DNA of 64,000 nucleotides from sequence record SRR2962707_3586, one strand, 5' to 3'. Below are positions 50,051 to 59,280 of the stretch, piece by piece; the stretch's first letter is position 1; each line of letters opens with the position of its first letter. The position numbers and the translations under genes were made by a program. Under the pieces are notes generated by a model. The model saw nothing but the letters and a program-made list of their open reading frames with translations. It searched no databases and was not told where the DNA came from.

Positions 50051-52641
50051 CGCATCATCCACCAAAATGGGCCGATCGGTTTCTGAGGTGGTATTGCCAT
50101 CCATATTTCCTGGAGGAGATAGAAGGGGACATCTATGAACTCTTTGATAGGCGAGTGGAGGAGCAAAGTCCAAAAAAAGCAAAACTCAAATTCATCTGGG
50201 ATGTCTTTCGATTTTTCAGATGGTCTAATATCAAAAGGTCAAACTCAAAGTATTCAACTATGAACCAACTACAACTATTCAGTAACTACCTGAAACTGGG
50301 ATTACGAAACATTCAAAAAAATCCTGTTTCCTCATTGATTAACATATTCGGGCTTGCCATAGCAATTTGCTTCGCTATCTCGATTTATGTTTTCAGCGAC
50401 ATGCAGCTTAGCATGGATCGATTCCATACGAAGGGGGATCGAATTTTCCAGCTTACCAACTACATCGATCAGGATGGCTCTCAAGAGCTCTGGAGTGACT
50501 CACCCATTCCATTGGCTCCTGCATTGGCAGCTGATCATCCATCTGTTGAAGCTTTTACAAGAGTAGAATATAGAAGTTCAGTCGTAAAAAGCGGATCTGA
50601 TGTATTTGATGAGCTAGCTGTTTTTGTTGACCCGGCATTTTTGGAAATTTTTGATTTCCCTGTGCTGGGTGGTGATCGCAAAGCACTGCATACGAAGAAC
50701 CAAATTGTGATCAACAAGGACATGGCGGTGAAGTATTTTGCCAACGAGGATCCAATAGGAAAAGAAATAACATTCCGATTTACAAATACAGAAGTTCGGC
50801 GATTCATTGTGGGAGCGGTGCTTGACAAATACCCTTACAACAACAGCATGGTATTCAATTTCCTAATACCAATGGATAATTTCTTCGATCTGGAATTCGA
50901 AAATACCAATGACTGGTCATTCTTGACGGATGCAACATTCGTGTTGATGCGAGAAGGAGAATCCATCAATTCAATCATGGATTCATTCGATGGATACGTC
51001 GAAACACAGCGTGGAAGTAATCCGGAATGGAAGTTGGAATCCATTCATCCGATTAACCTGTATGACCTCTCAGTTGAATCGTATCAAATAGTGGGCTCTG
51101 TTTCTGGAGGTGGCCACCCTGCCGGAAGATTTGCAATGATCATTATCGCATTATTCCTTTTGGGCATGGCATGTTTCAATTTCATGAACATTTCAGTGGT
51201 GAGTGCTTCTAAGCGCTTGAAAGAGATCGCACTGCGCAAGGTTATGGGTAGCGTGCGTAAGGAGATCATTAAGCAATTCATGACTGAGAATTTACTTCAA
51301 TGCTTTTTTGCGTTACTTGTCGGCGTATTGCTGGCCTATTTTCTCCTTGTGCCCTGGTTTGATGTAATGATCGACGAAATGGAAATTAAGTTCAGAACGT
51401 ACAACTCGACTGATTTCATCTTGTTCCTTGTTGGTTTGTTGCTATTTGTTGGCTTGTTAAGTGGGGCGTATCCTTCTTTTTACATCTCCAAATTTGACAC
51501 CATCACCATTTTCAAAGGCAAGGAGAAGTTTGGTAGCAAAAACCTCTTTTCAAAGATCTTACTTGGCTTTCAGTTCTTTTTGGCGATAATGACCATTGTT
51601 GGCTGTTTCATTATGACGGAGCAGAGCATTTATTTAGGTCAGAAAGATTGGGGGTATGATCCGACAGGAACCATGTCCATTTATGTGCGAGATGCGGAAC
51701 AATATGAATTACTTAAAAATGAGTTGTTAAGCCATCCTGCCATACTTAAACACACCTCTTCAGATCAGCTTATTGGAAGGGGGATATCTAAAGTTTCATT
51801 GGAGTGGGGAGATCGCCAGCTTGGCGTTCGGAGGGTCAGAGTAGCAGAGGACTACTTCGATACTTTTCGAATACCTATAAAGGAAGGGCGAGCACTGACA
51901 GATCAGGCTTTTGACCAGAAAAGTGGGGCTGTTGTCAATGAAAAATTTGTTCAATCTATGGGCTGGGAGGATGCCATCGGTCAGACGTTCATGTACGACA
52001 GTATTCAGCGTACGGTTGTAGGTGTCATGAAGGACTTCCATTATTACGATTTCTTTTCAGAGATAAACCCGATGATGGTCTTAGGCCTGGAAGAAAAACC
52101 GATTCATTACCTGACCATTCAGGCGAATCCTGATCAGGTGGCCGATCTGGATGCCTTTGCACAGGAGGCTTGGTTGCGAATTGCACCAAATGATCCTTAT
52201 GACCGTGTTTTTCAGGAAGATGTATTCGATGGCTTTTACAGTGAAAATGAAACAAACATTACTATTCTGGCGCTGATTACAGGTATTGCTATTATCCTGG
52301 CGTGCCTGGGCTTGTACGGATTGCTGTCTTTCAATGTGCAGGGAAAACTCAAGGAATTCAGCGTTCGGAAGGTTCTAGGTGCTGAGCCTCGCGCTATTGT
52401 GAAGATCGTAAGTAAGCAATACATGTGGGTTTTGATTATTTCGTTTGTCCTGGGAGCTCCACTTGGATCAATTGGGATGATGAAGCTAATCGTCACCATT
52501 TTCCCACATCCTAAAGAGGTTACAGCTGGCCCATTTATCGTGGCGATGCTGTTGATTCTGATCACACTGATCATAACAGTAGCAGGTCAGGTGAGTAAAG
52601 CAATAAAGGTGAATCCTGCCGAGTTGCTAAGAAGCGAGTAA
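50047..52641 (+). CDS. Duplicated MacB/FtsX-type ABC permease (ADOP-like) with N-terminal prefix domain
   Basis: PPKWA.RFL.WYC...EEIEGD prefix; two KE..RKV.G FtsX repeats; terminal NPAELLRSE. Confidence 0.92.
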   Translation: MTHHPPKWADRFLRWYCHPYFLEEIEGDIYELFDRRVEEQSPKKAKLKFIWDVFRFFRWSNIKRSNSKYSTMNQLQLFSNYLKLGLRNIQKNPVSSLINIFGLAIAICFAISIYVFSDMQLSMDRFHTKGDRIFQLTNYIDQDGSQELWSDSPIPLAPALAADHPSVEAFTRVEYRSSVVKSGSDVFDELAVFVDPAFLEIFDFPVLGGDRKALHTKNQIVINKDMAVKYFANEDPIGKEITFRFTNTEVRRFIVGAVLDKYPYNNSMVFNFLIPMDNFFDLEFENTNDWSFLTDATFVLMREGESINSIMDSFDGYVETQRGSNPEWKLESIHPINLYDLSVESYQIVGSVSGGGHPAGRFAMIIIALFLLGMACFNFMNISVVSASKRLKEIALRKVMGSVRKEIIKQFMTENLLQCFFALLVGVLLAYFLLVPWFDVMIDEMEIKFRTYNSTDFILFLVGLLLFVGLLSGAYPSFYISKFDTITIFKGKEKFGSKNLFSKILLGFQFFLAIMTIVGCFIMTEQSIYLGQKDWGYDPTGTMSIYVRDAEQYELLKNELLSHPAILKHTSSDQLIGRGISKVSLEWGDRQLGVRRVRVAEDYFDTFRIPIKEGRALTDQAFDQKSGAVVNEKFVQSMGWEDAIGQTFMYDSIQRTVVGVMKDFHYYDFFSEINPMMVLGLEEKPIHYLTIQANPDQVADLDAFAQEAWLRIAPNDPYDRVFQEDVFDGFYSENETNITILALITGIAIILACLGLYGLLSFNVQGKLKEFSVRKVLGAEPRAIVKIVSKQYMWVLIISFVLGAPLGSIGMMKLIVTIFPHPKEVTAGPFIVAMLLILITLIITVAGQVSKAIKVNPAELLRSE

Positions 52642-52737
52642 TCCTTGCAAATACCTTAGGGTATTGGTTACTAACTAATGAATTCGTCTGTATGCAATCA
52701 GTCGAATTCATTAGTTTTATTGTGATAAGTAACCTAA

Positions 52738-54114
52738 ATGAAAGAGAATCCCGATTCACCCATTACGCCTAAATGGCTTCACGAATTGCAACAACGCAGT
52801 TGGGAGCCAGAGATTCTATTATCCGGTATTGTGCTATACGGAATGTTCAAGGTTCCAGGCCTTTTGGATGAATTTCTTTCCTTTTTCAAACTCAATATTT
52901 TCGGAAGTTCCCAGGACATTGACAACTTGGTTGCTCTGTTTAAAATGGGTATCTATTGGCTTATTTCAGGGCTCATACTCCATTTGATTTGTCGTGGTAT
53001 CTGGATTGGAATGGTGGGATTAAGCTACACGTTCACTGACGGGATACGAAGTGAAAAGCTGGATTACAAAGGCAAATTCAATGATAAGATCGAACGCATC
53101 CCAACCTTCGAGTTGATCGTTATTCGTCTGGAGAAGATTTGTAGCTCATTGTTCAGCATCTCCTTCATGTTGTTCATGAGTTTGATAGGAGGCTACCTGT
53201 ATTTCTTCGTCCTGGTTGTGTTTCCATTTACAGTCACATTTATCTACTTCGGTATCGGGTTTGTTGGGGAGGTTTTTCAATTCTTTCAATACTATGTGCT
53301 CCTTGTAGTTGGAGTGGGAGTTATTGGTCTGCTGGATTTCATTAGCCTTGGCTATTTCAGAAAGTTCAATTGGATTGCAAAGTTCTACTGGCCGGTTCAC
53401 CGTTTTATCAGTGCCCTCACGTTATCACGATTCTATCGACCGATCTACTATGGAGTTGTGACCAATTTCAACAAATGGGCATTTTTTGTTTTCCTCCTAG
53501 TTTTTTCCGTTGTTAGCATCATGGGTGCTGGTTCAATAACGGATACAACTTATCCGGGAGATGCATATTCCAGGTTAACCATGTGGGGACATAATCAGGA
53601 GTATTCTGCTTTTTCGGGATACTACGATGATCAAAATCAAGATTTGGCATCTGTCAGAGCGCACATTCCTTCTGATATAATTAATGGAGATGTACTCAAG
53701 CTTTTTGTGGTGGCCAACATTGCATATGAAGACAAAATGCTAGAAAACATGTCACTGGATTCATTGAGAGAAATGTATCCGGATACCTCCCAGCATGTGC
53801 TCACCATGATGATTGTGGATTCATTTTTTAACGTGTCCATTGACGGAGATTCTATCGAAGTTCCTCAATGGTTTTTTCACTATAAAATCACGACCAACCA
53901 ACGTGGATATGTTACTTATCTGGATATCAGTGGCTTAAATGAAGGTCCTCATACGTTGGTGTTGAAAGGGCCGAAAGGGCAATATGGATATCCTTTTGCG
54001 ACGATACCATTCTATCGAGATATCACAATGCCACGGGAATCAAAACAAACTGAGCAATCGGCAGATGAAGGAGAGGTAGATTTTCAGCCCAAACCTTTCG
54101 GTATTAGAAAATAA
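52738..54114 (+). CDS. Conserved hypothetical multi-pass membrane protein
   Basis: WL.ELQQRSWEPEILLSG, R..WIG.VGL, LE..CS; several TM segments and a soluble C-domain. Confidence 0.75.
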   Translation: MKENPDSPITPKWLHELQQRSWEPEILLSGIVLYGMFKVPGLLDEFLSFFKLNIFGSSQDIDNLVALFKMGIYWLISGLILHLICRGIWIGMVGLSYTFTDGIRSEKLDYKGKFNDKIERIPTFELIVIRLEKICSSLFSISFMLFMSLIGGYLYFFVLVVFPFTVTFIYFGIGFVGEVFQFFQYYVLLVVGVGVIGLLDFISLGYFRKFNWIAKFYWPVHRFISALTLSRFYRPIYYGVVTNFNKWAFFVFLLVFSVVSIMGAGSITDTTYPGDAYSRLTMWGHNQEYSAFSGYYDDQNQDLASVRAHIPSDIINGDVLKLFVVANIAYEDKMLENMSLDSLREMYPDTSQHVLTMMIVDSFFNVSIDGDSIEVPQWFFHYKITTNQRGYVTYLDISGLNEGPHTLVLKGPKGQYGYPFATIPFYRDITMPRESKQTEQSADEGEVDFQPKPFGIRK

Positions 54115-54146
54115 AAAAGCAGACGCCCAATGGATCTGCTTTCTTT
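54113..54146. terminator. Bidirectional terminator
   Basis: aaagcaga...tctgcttt with A- and T-rich flanks between convergent genes. Confidence 0.75.
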
Positions 54147-54169
54147 GATTCTGTTATTCATTCTTAAGT

Positions 54170-54547
54170 TCACTTTTGTATCATAGGCAGGTATTTATTC
54201 TTGTTTTCTATGATTATCCAGCCAAGTATGACGGCCATGATATAGGCAATGATGGCAGGATCACCGAATGTGAGATGGTGGACAACAATTCCGACCATCA
54301 ATGGTACCAGTATGATTGCCCCTAATGCCCGATATCGGGGGATAATCAGAAGAAGGCCCCCGATGGCCTCAAAAGCACCAATGAGTGGTATCAGCCATGG
54401 GATTTCAGTCATAGCCATAAAGGTCTTCATCATGTGGTCCGGTAGATCTTCAGGTACAGGGATATAATTGAAAAACTTGTTCAGCCCGGCATTGATAAAC
54501 ATCAACCCGGTGAGTACAGATAGTACAATTAGTGTTTTAGCTTTCAT
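54170..54547 (-). CDS. DoxX family membrane protein
   Basis: MFINAGLNKF, E.IGGLLLIIPR.RALGA. Confidence 0.88.
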   Translation of the reverse strand: MKAKTLIVLSVLTGLMFINAGLNKFFNYIPVPEDLPDHMMKTFMAMTEIPWLIPLIGAFEAIGGLLLIIPRYRALGAIILVPLMVGIVVHHLTFGDPAIIAYIMAVILGWIIIENKNKYLPMIQK

Positions 54548-54648
54548 CGTTATTGCATTGATTTGAATGCAAGTTAGATGCGATCATCTGGAATTAATGG
54601 AGGGTTTCACGACGTTCCAACGGGGTAATTACGACACAGAATGAAAGC

Positions 54649-56148
54649 TCAGTTTTCGTCGCTTAAGCGCTGATTGATGTCTCTGAGCGCATTGTCCAGT
54701 TCAGTTGCTGATTCATGCAGGCTTTTATTGATAAAGTCGAGGTTCTCGTTGTTTTCAGCGTCATACAGATCAACCAATCCAAGGATTCTAGCCAGGGGTG
54801 CCCTCACAATATGCGAGTTGCTGGATAGGTATTCCTTCAGTTGCTTATTCCTTTTTTTAAGTTCTGCGGTCCTTCGGTTTACAATGAGCTCAAGGTTGTT
54901 ATTGATCACCGTAATTTCCTGGTTGGCTCGTTGGAGTTCTATCGATTGTGTTTCAATCTGCATGTTCAACTTGCGGAGCTCTTCGTGGGCTTTACGTTTA
55001 CGTGTAAAATTCCGGTAAAACTGGATGGCAATGAAAATCATCGCTATCAATCCTACAAGTAGCGTATTACGCATCCAAATGGCGCTGGCCAATTCCTTTT
55101 CCTGTTCCAGTTCCTGTTTACGCCGTTCAATTTCTTCCCTTGCTTTGGTCTGATTAAACTCAAACTCCGCTTCCTGGAAGGCGATTCGACGAGTGATGTT
55201 TCTGTTTACCAACGAGTCATCTAGCGATTTGTAAATCTTGTAGTATTTCAGTGCATTTTGAGGGTCATTATTTTGCTCATAAGTGCTGGAGAGATATTGG
55301 GCCGCATCACGTTGCTCGGAACGCATGCCCACATCTTCAGCGATCGAATAAGCCTCCTCAAACCGTTCTCTGGCTTCCTGGCTGTTGTCTTGCTTCAGAC
55401 CCAGCAATCCAAAATCAATGCTGACCAAGCTGAGAATGTATTGGTCTCTGAACTTCATGGCAAGTGATTCTGCATTTTGGAGATACTTCCGTGCCGAGTC
55501 TGGTTGGTTCAATTGAACGTAAACACTGCCGATGTTATAATTAGGGTAGAGTAAGCTTCGTTCATCTTGCACTTCCTTTGCCCGGCTCAGCGATTGATGC
55601 AGTGTCTCGAGGGCCTTATCATACTCACCTCTAAGCTTATGTATGTAACCGATGTTGTTAAGAATATTTCCTTCACGCATAAGATTATTCAGTTCTGCAT
55701 ACTGCCGGACCGATATCTCATAATAATTTAAGGCTTGTTCATAATCCTCAATGAAATTGTAGATTCTGCCGATGTTGTTAGTATTGGCAGCTATGCGATC
55801 TTTTTCACCCAATGCTTCGAACGTTACCTGGCTTTGCAGGAATAGCTGGAGGGCGCTGTAGTAATTTCCTAGTGCAGTATAGGCGATGGCTCTCCGCATT
55901 TTGGCATCAGCAATGCCCAGTTCATAGTTGGCATATTTGGCCAGTTCCTCACTTTGTTGGCTGAGCAAGATGGTGCTGTCAGGGTTTGTCATGCGCAACT
56001 GGTAGGCCAACGCATTCAGTGCATCTACTTTCTGCACAGGATCTTTGGATTGATTTATTAGACGTGTGAGACTGTCTGCTTCAGTTTGAGCTGAAGCCAG
56101 TAATGCTGTGAAGCATATGGTGGCTACTATAAAATGTCTAGGAGTCAA
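54649..56148 (-). CDS. TPR sensor protein with TM, coiled coil and HisKA H-box but no ATPase domain
   Basis: Signal peptide, NNIG TPRs, TM, SHIVRAPLARILGL, stop about 45 aa later. Confidence 0.8.
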   Translation of the reverse strand: MTPRHFIVATICFTALLASAQTEADSLTRLINQSKDPVQKVDALNALAYQLRMTNPDSTILLSQQSEELAKYANYELGIADAKMRRAIAYTALGNYYSALQLFLQSQVTFEALGEKDRIAANTNNIGRIYNFIEDYEQALNYYEISVRQYAELNNLMREGNILNNIGYIHKLRGEYDKALETLHQSLSRAKEVQDERSLLYPNYNIGSVYVQLNQPDSARKYLQNAESLAMKFRDQYILSLVSIDFGLLGLKQDNSQEARERFEEAYSIAEDVGMRSEQRDAAQYLSSTYEQNNDPQNALKYYKIYKSLDDSLVNRNITRRIAFQEAEFEFNQTKAREEIERRKQELEQEKELASAIWMRNTLLVGLIAMIFIAIQFYRNFTRKRKAHEELRKLNMQIETQSIELQRANQEITVINNNLELIVNRRTAELKKRNKQLKEYLSSNSHIVRAPLARILGLVDLYDAENNENLDFINKSLHESATELDNALRDINQRLSDEN

Positions 56149-56260
56149 TAAGTTAATTGACGGTGATGCTACCTAAGATACTAAAAAAGTTAAATGACTG
56201 CAATGGTAGGCTAGCCATGGCATTCAAACCACCGTTTGTGTAGAAGTCCAACTAAATAGT

Positions 56261-57136
56261 ATGATAAATCCGTATTTTACTAGCATGGTTGTTTCAACAA
56301 GGAAGAGACGCTTTATCCAATGGTCACTTGTCGTGGGATTGACTTGGTCCGTCATTGGCTTCATCTCAAACTGGCTTATGCAGATGCATAGCGGAAATCT
56401 TCTATCGTCTTATCAGCTTTTTGACATTTCATTTTACTACTTCACTCCGTTGATTAGCTGGTTCGTTTTATCACTGATTGTTTGGCATACGGCACGATGG
56501 ACTGCAGGAGCTAAAGCGAAATCATGGATTTGGCTCATTGCTACTATAGTTCTGTTGGCACCTTTTGTTCGATCCGTTGATATTTTACTTGATTTCATCA
56601 TTAAGTATGTGATCGGAATGGTTGAGACTAACCCGTTGGCTATCCTATCAGATGTTTGGCTGGTTATTCTCTCTTCCTCGCCTGAAGCCGTATTCCGTAT
56701 GGTGGCTATTATTGGTATCTATTGGTATCTCAGTCCTGGAAGCCAAAATCAGACCTTCACGGTCAAGAAATCAGGAGGGGAGCTTATCAGGATCAACATG
56801 ATGGAAGTAGTATTTATTCAGTCTAGTGCCAACTATGTTCACATTCATACCCTCAATGAAGTACACAAGGTACGATCGACTTTAAAATCAGTTCTGGATA
56901 AGCTTGATACTAACTTTTACAGAATTCATCGTTCTACGGTAATGAATGTTCAGTTCATACTCAGTATAAAGCATTGGCGTAATGGAGAGTATTTAGTGAT
57001 GATGAAAAATGGTAAGGCGTTGACCTCCAGCCAGACTTTCAGTGATGAGCTGGCAAAGGTTAAGAAAAGGATAGGCAATCGGCAGGACACCATAAAACAT
57101 CCCGAAATAGACATAATTCATCCCTTGGCGACCTGA
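56261..57136 (+). CDS. Membrane-bound LytTR-domain regulator (start possibly 56285)
   Basis: N-terminal TM segments; S.ANYV.IH, R.TL, F.RIHRS..N. Confidence 0.85.
   Translation: MINPYFTSMVVSTRKRRFIQWSLVVGLTWSVIGFISNWLMQMHSGNLLSSYQLFDISFYYFTPLISWFVLSLIVWHTARWTAGAKAKSWIWLIATIVLLAPFVRSVDILLDFIIKYVIGMVETNPLAILSDVWLVILSSSPEAVFRMVAIIGIYWYLSPGSQNQTFTVKKSGGELIRINMMEVVFIQSSANYVHIHTLNEVHKVRSTLKSVLDKLDTNFYRIHRSTVMNVQFILSIKHWRNGEYLVMMKNGKALTSSQTFSDELAKVKKRIGNRQDTIKHPEIDIIHPLAT
57091..57124 (+). promoter_or_regulatory. Putative LytTR direct-repeat binding site
   Basis: CATAAAACATCCC (57091) and CATAATTCATCCC (57112), 21 bp period. Confidence 0.6.
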
Positions 57137-57188
57137 TTCAGAAGTATTTCATTAGTTCTGTTTGCATATTTAATATCAAAAAGGAGTG

Positions 57189-57596
57189 ATGAAAATAAAA
57201 AGTGTACTGCTATTTCTAATGTCAGCCAATTATGCCAATACATTTATAACCAATGGTTGGGCAAAGTTTGATCCTGAAGGCTTTTGGTCAGGTGCGTTCA
57301 TTGATCGCTGGGGCTATGGACTATACTTTATGTTCTTTATTGGTGTATTAGAATTTTTGGGAGGAATTGGCATTCTGATCCCTAAAATCAATAAGTATGC
57401 GGCCTTCACATTGGCAGTGGTTATGCTTGGCGCTGTAATCACACGATTGGTATTTGGAACCAGTCTTGATGATGTCATTTGGATCACCTTCACGATGGTT
57501 ACACTGCTTTATATCTCTATAGAAAGAGGCATTGGTGATACCTTTTTGTTGTTGAAAAATAAGTTTGGACAACAATCAGTCACTAACCCAGAGTGA
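57189..57596 (+). CDS. DoxX family membrane protein
   Basis: GWAKF, F.RWGY, IGVLEFLGGIGILIP, MLGAV. Confidence 0.85.
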   Translation: MKIKSVLLFLMSANYANTFITNGWAKFDPEGFWSGAFIDRWGYGLYFMFFIGVLEFLGGIGILIPKINKYAAFTLAVVMLGAVITRLVFGTSLDDVIWITFTMVTLLYISIERGIGDTFLLLKNKFGQQSVTNPE

Positions 57597-57746
57597 GAAA
57601 TGATGCTTTATCTGCGTTCTATCAACGAAAAAATCCCATAAACGCAGCATACATCCTTCGATCAAAATAAGTAGGTATTCGATTGTTGGCTGTGGTATAT
57701 TTGATAAGGAGCTATAATCCTTTTCAAAAACCTAACAACTCTCATT

Positions 57747-59279
57747 ATGAAATCCAGAATACTACTTATTCCTGCATTACTCATCGGTGTATTAGCAATC
57801 GGTCAGGAGAAAATTGATACAGAAGCCATCCAAAAGATCAGGGATGAAGGTTTCAATAACTCGCAGGTAGAGCAAATTGCTTTTGAATTGCTCGATAAAT
57901 CAGGTCCACGACTTACCAACTCGAACGGATATGCCAGAGCGGCAAGTTATGCCATGAATCAACTGGCAGAGTGGGGTCTGGAAAACACAGAGAAGGAAGC
58001 TTGGGGAGAGTTTGGAAGAGGATGGGAGCTTAAGAAAAGCTACATAGCAATGACCAAGCCGTACTACATGCCGTTCATAGCTGTACCTAAGGCTTGGACT
58101 GAAGGCACGGATGGTCCCGTATCAGGCAAGGTGATTTTTGTGGAAATCAATAGCGAAGAGGACTTTGCTACCTATGAAGGGAAGCTCAAGGGTGCAATTG
58201 TCGCCTTTAAACCTCGTGGCGATCAGGGACCTGATTTTGAAGCAGATGCTGTGCGATTTACGGAAGAAGAGCTTGCTGAGATGGAAGAACCGAGAGCTCC
58301 GAGGAGTTCATTCACACCCGATCAAATTGCGGCATTCCGTAAGCGAAGGGAGTTTACGCAGACATTGAACAACTTTCTCACAGAACAGGGTGTGGCGCTT
58401 GTGATCAAAGGAGTGAATGGTAAGCATGGAACGCTTTTTACCAGCAGTCCTCGAGGATACCTGAAAGATACACCTGAGGGTGCCAGTGAGATCGAAATGG
58501 CGCCTGAGCACGTCAACCTCATGGCCCGATTGGCAGCCAATGGGGTAGATGTGGAAGTCGAAGCGGAAGTGGAGACAGCTTTTAATGAAGAAGATCTTCA
58601 GGGTTACAATGTGATTGCTGAAATCCCGGGTACGGATCGAAAGTTGAAATCCGAGGTAGTGATGTTGGGAGGTCACCTGGATTCTTGGCATGGAGCTACT
58701 GGAGCAACGGATAATGGTGCCGGATGCATTGTGATGATGGAGGCTGTAAGGATTTTGAAAGCAGCAGGATTACAACCCAAGCGAACCATCCGGATTGCAC
58801 TTTGGGGAGGAGAGGAGCAAGGATTACATGGCTCACGAAACTATGTGAAAAACCATTTTGGTGATGCCGAAACCATGACCTTAAAGCCTGAGCAGAAGAA
58901 AGTCTCCGCTTATTATAACATTGATAATGGAACCGGAAGAATTCGAGGAATCTACCTGCAGGGCAATGAAGAAGTTAGACCCATCTTCAAGGATTGGTTT
59001 GCTCCGTTTGATGATGTAATCGACAACACCACTATCACGATTCGTAATACCGGTGGAACAGATCACCTAGGTTTTGATGCCATTGGCATACCGGGTTTCC
59101 AGTTCATTCAGGATCCAATTGAATACCGATCTCGCTCACACCATACCAATATGGATACGTACGAGCGATTGGTAATTGATGACTTGAAACAGATTGCTGT
59201 GATCGTGGCTTCCTTCGTGTACAATACAGCACAGCGCGACGAGATGCTGCCACGGGAGGTGTTGGAAACAACCGAGTAA
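57747..59279 (+). CDS. Exported M28 family metallopeptidase with PA insert
   Basis: GPRLT.S, GGHLDSWH, GATDNG, GEEQGL.GS, NIDNG, TDH, HHTNMD; TATATTTG at 57696-57703. Confidence 0.92.
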   Translation: MKSRILLIPALLIGVLAIGQEKIDTEAIQKIRDEGFNNSQVEQIAFELLDKSGPRLTNSNGYARAASYAMNQLAEWGLENTEKEAWGEFGRGWELKKSYIAMTKPYYMPFIAVPKAWTEGTDGPVSGKVIFVEINSEEDFATYEGKLKGAIVAFKPRGDQGPDFEADAVRFTEEELAEMEEPRAPRSSFTPDQIAAFRKRREFTQTLNNFLTEQGVALVIKGVNGKHGTLFTSSPRGYLKDTPEGASEIEMAPEHVNLMARLAANGVDVEVEAEVETAFNEEDLQGYNVIAEIPGTDRKLKSEVVMLGGHLDSWHGATGATDNGAGCIVMMEAVRILKAAGLQPKRTIRIALWGGEEQGLHGSRNYVKNHFGDAETMTLKPEQKKVSAYYNIDNGTGRIRGIYLQGNEEVRPIFKDWFAPFDDVIDNTTITIRNTGGTDHLGFDAIGIPGFQFIQDPIEYRSRSHHTNMDTYERLVIDDLKQIAVIVASFVYNTAQRDEMLPREVLETTE

Positions 59280-59280
59280 T

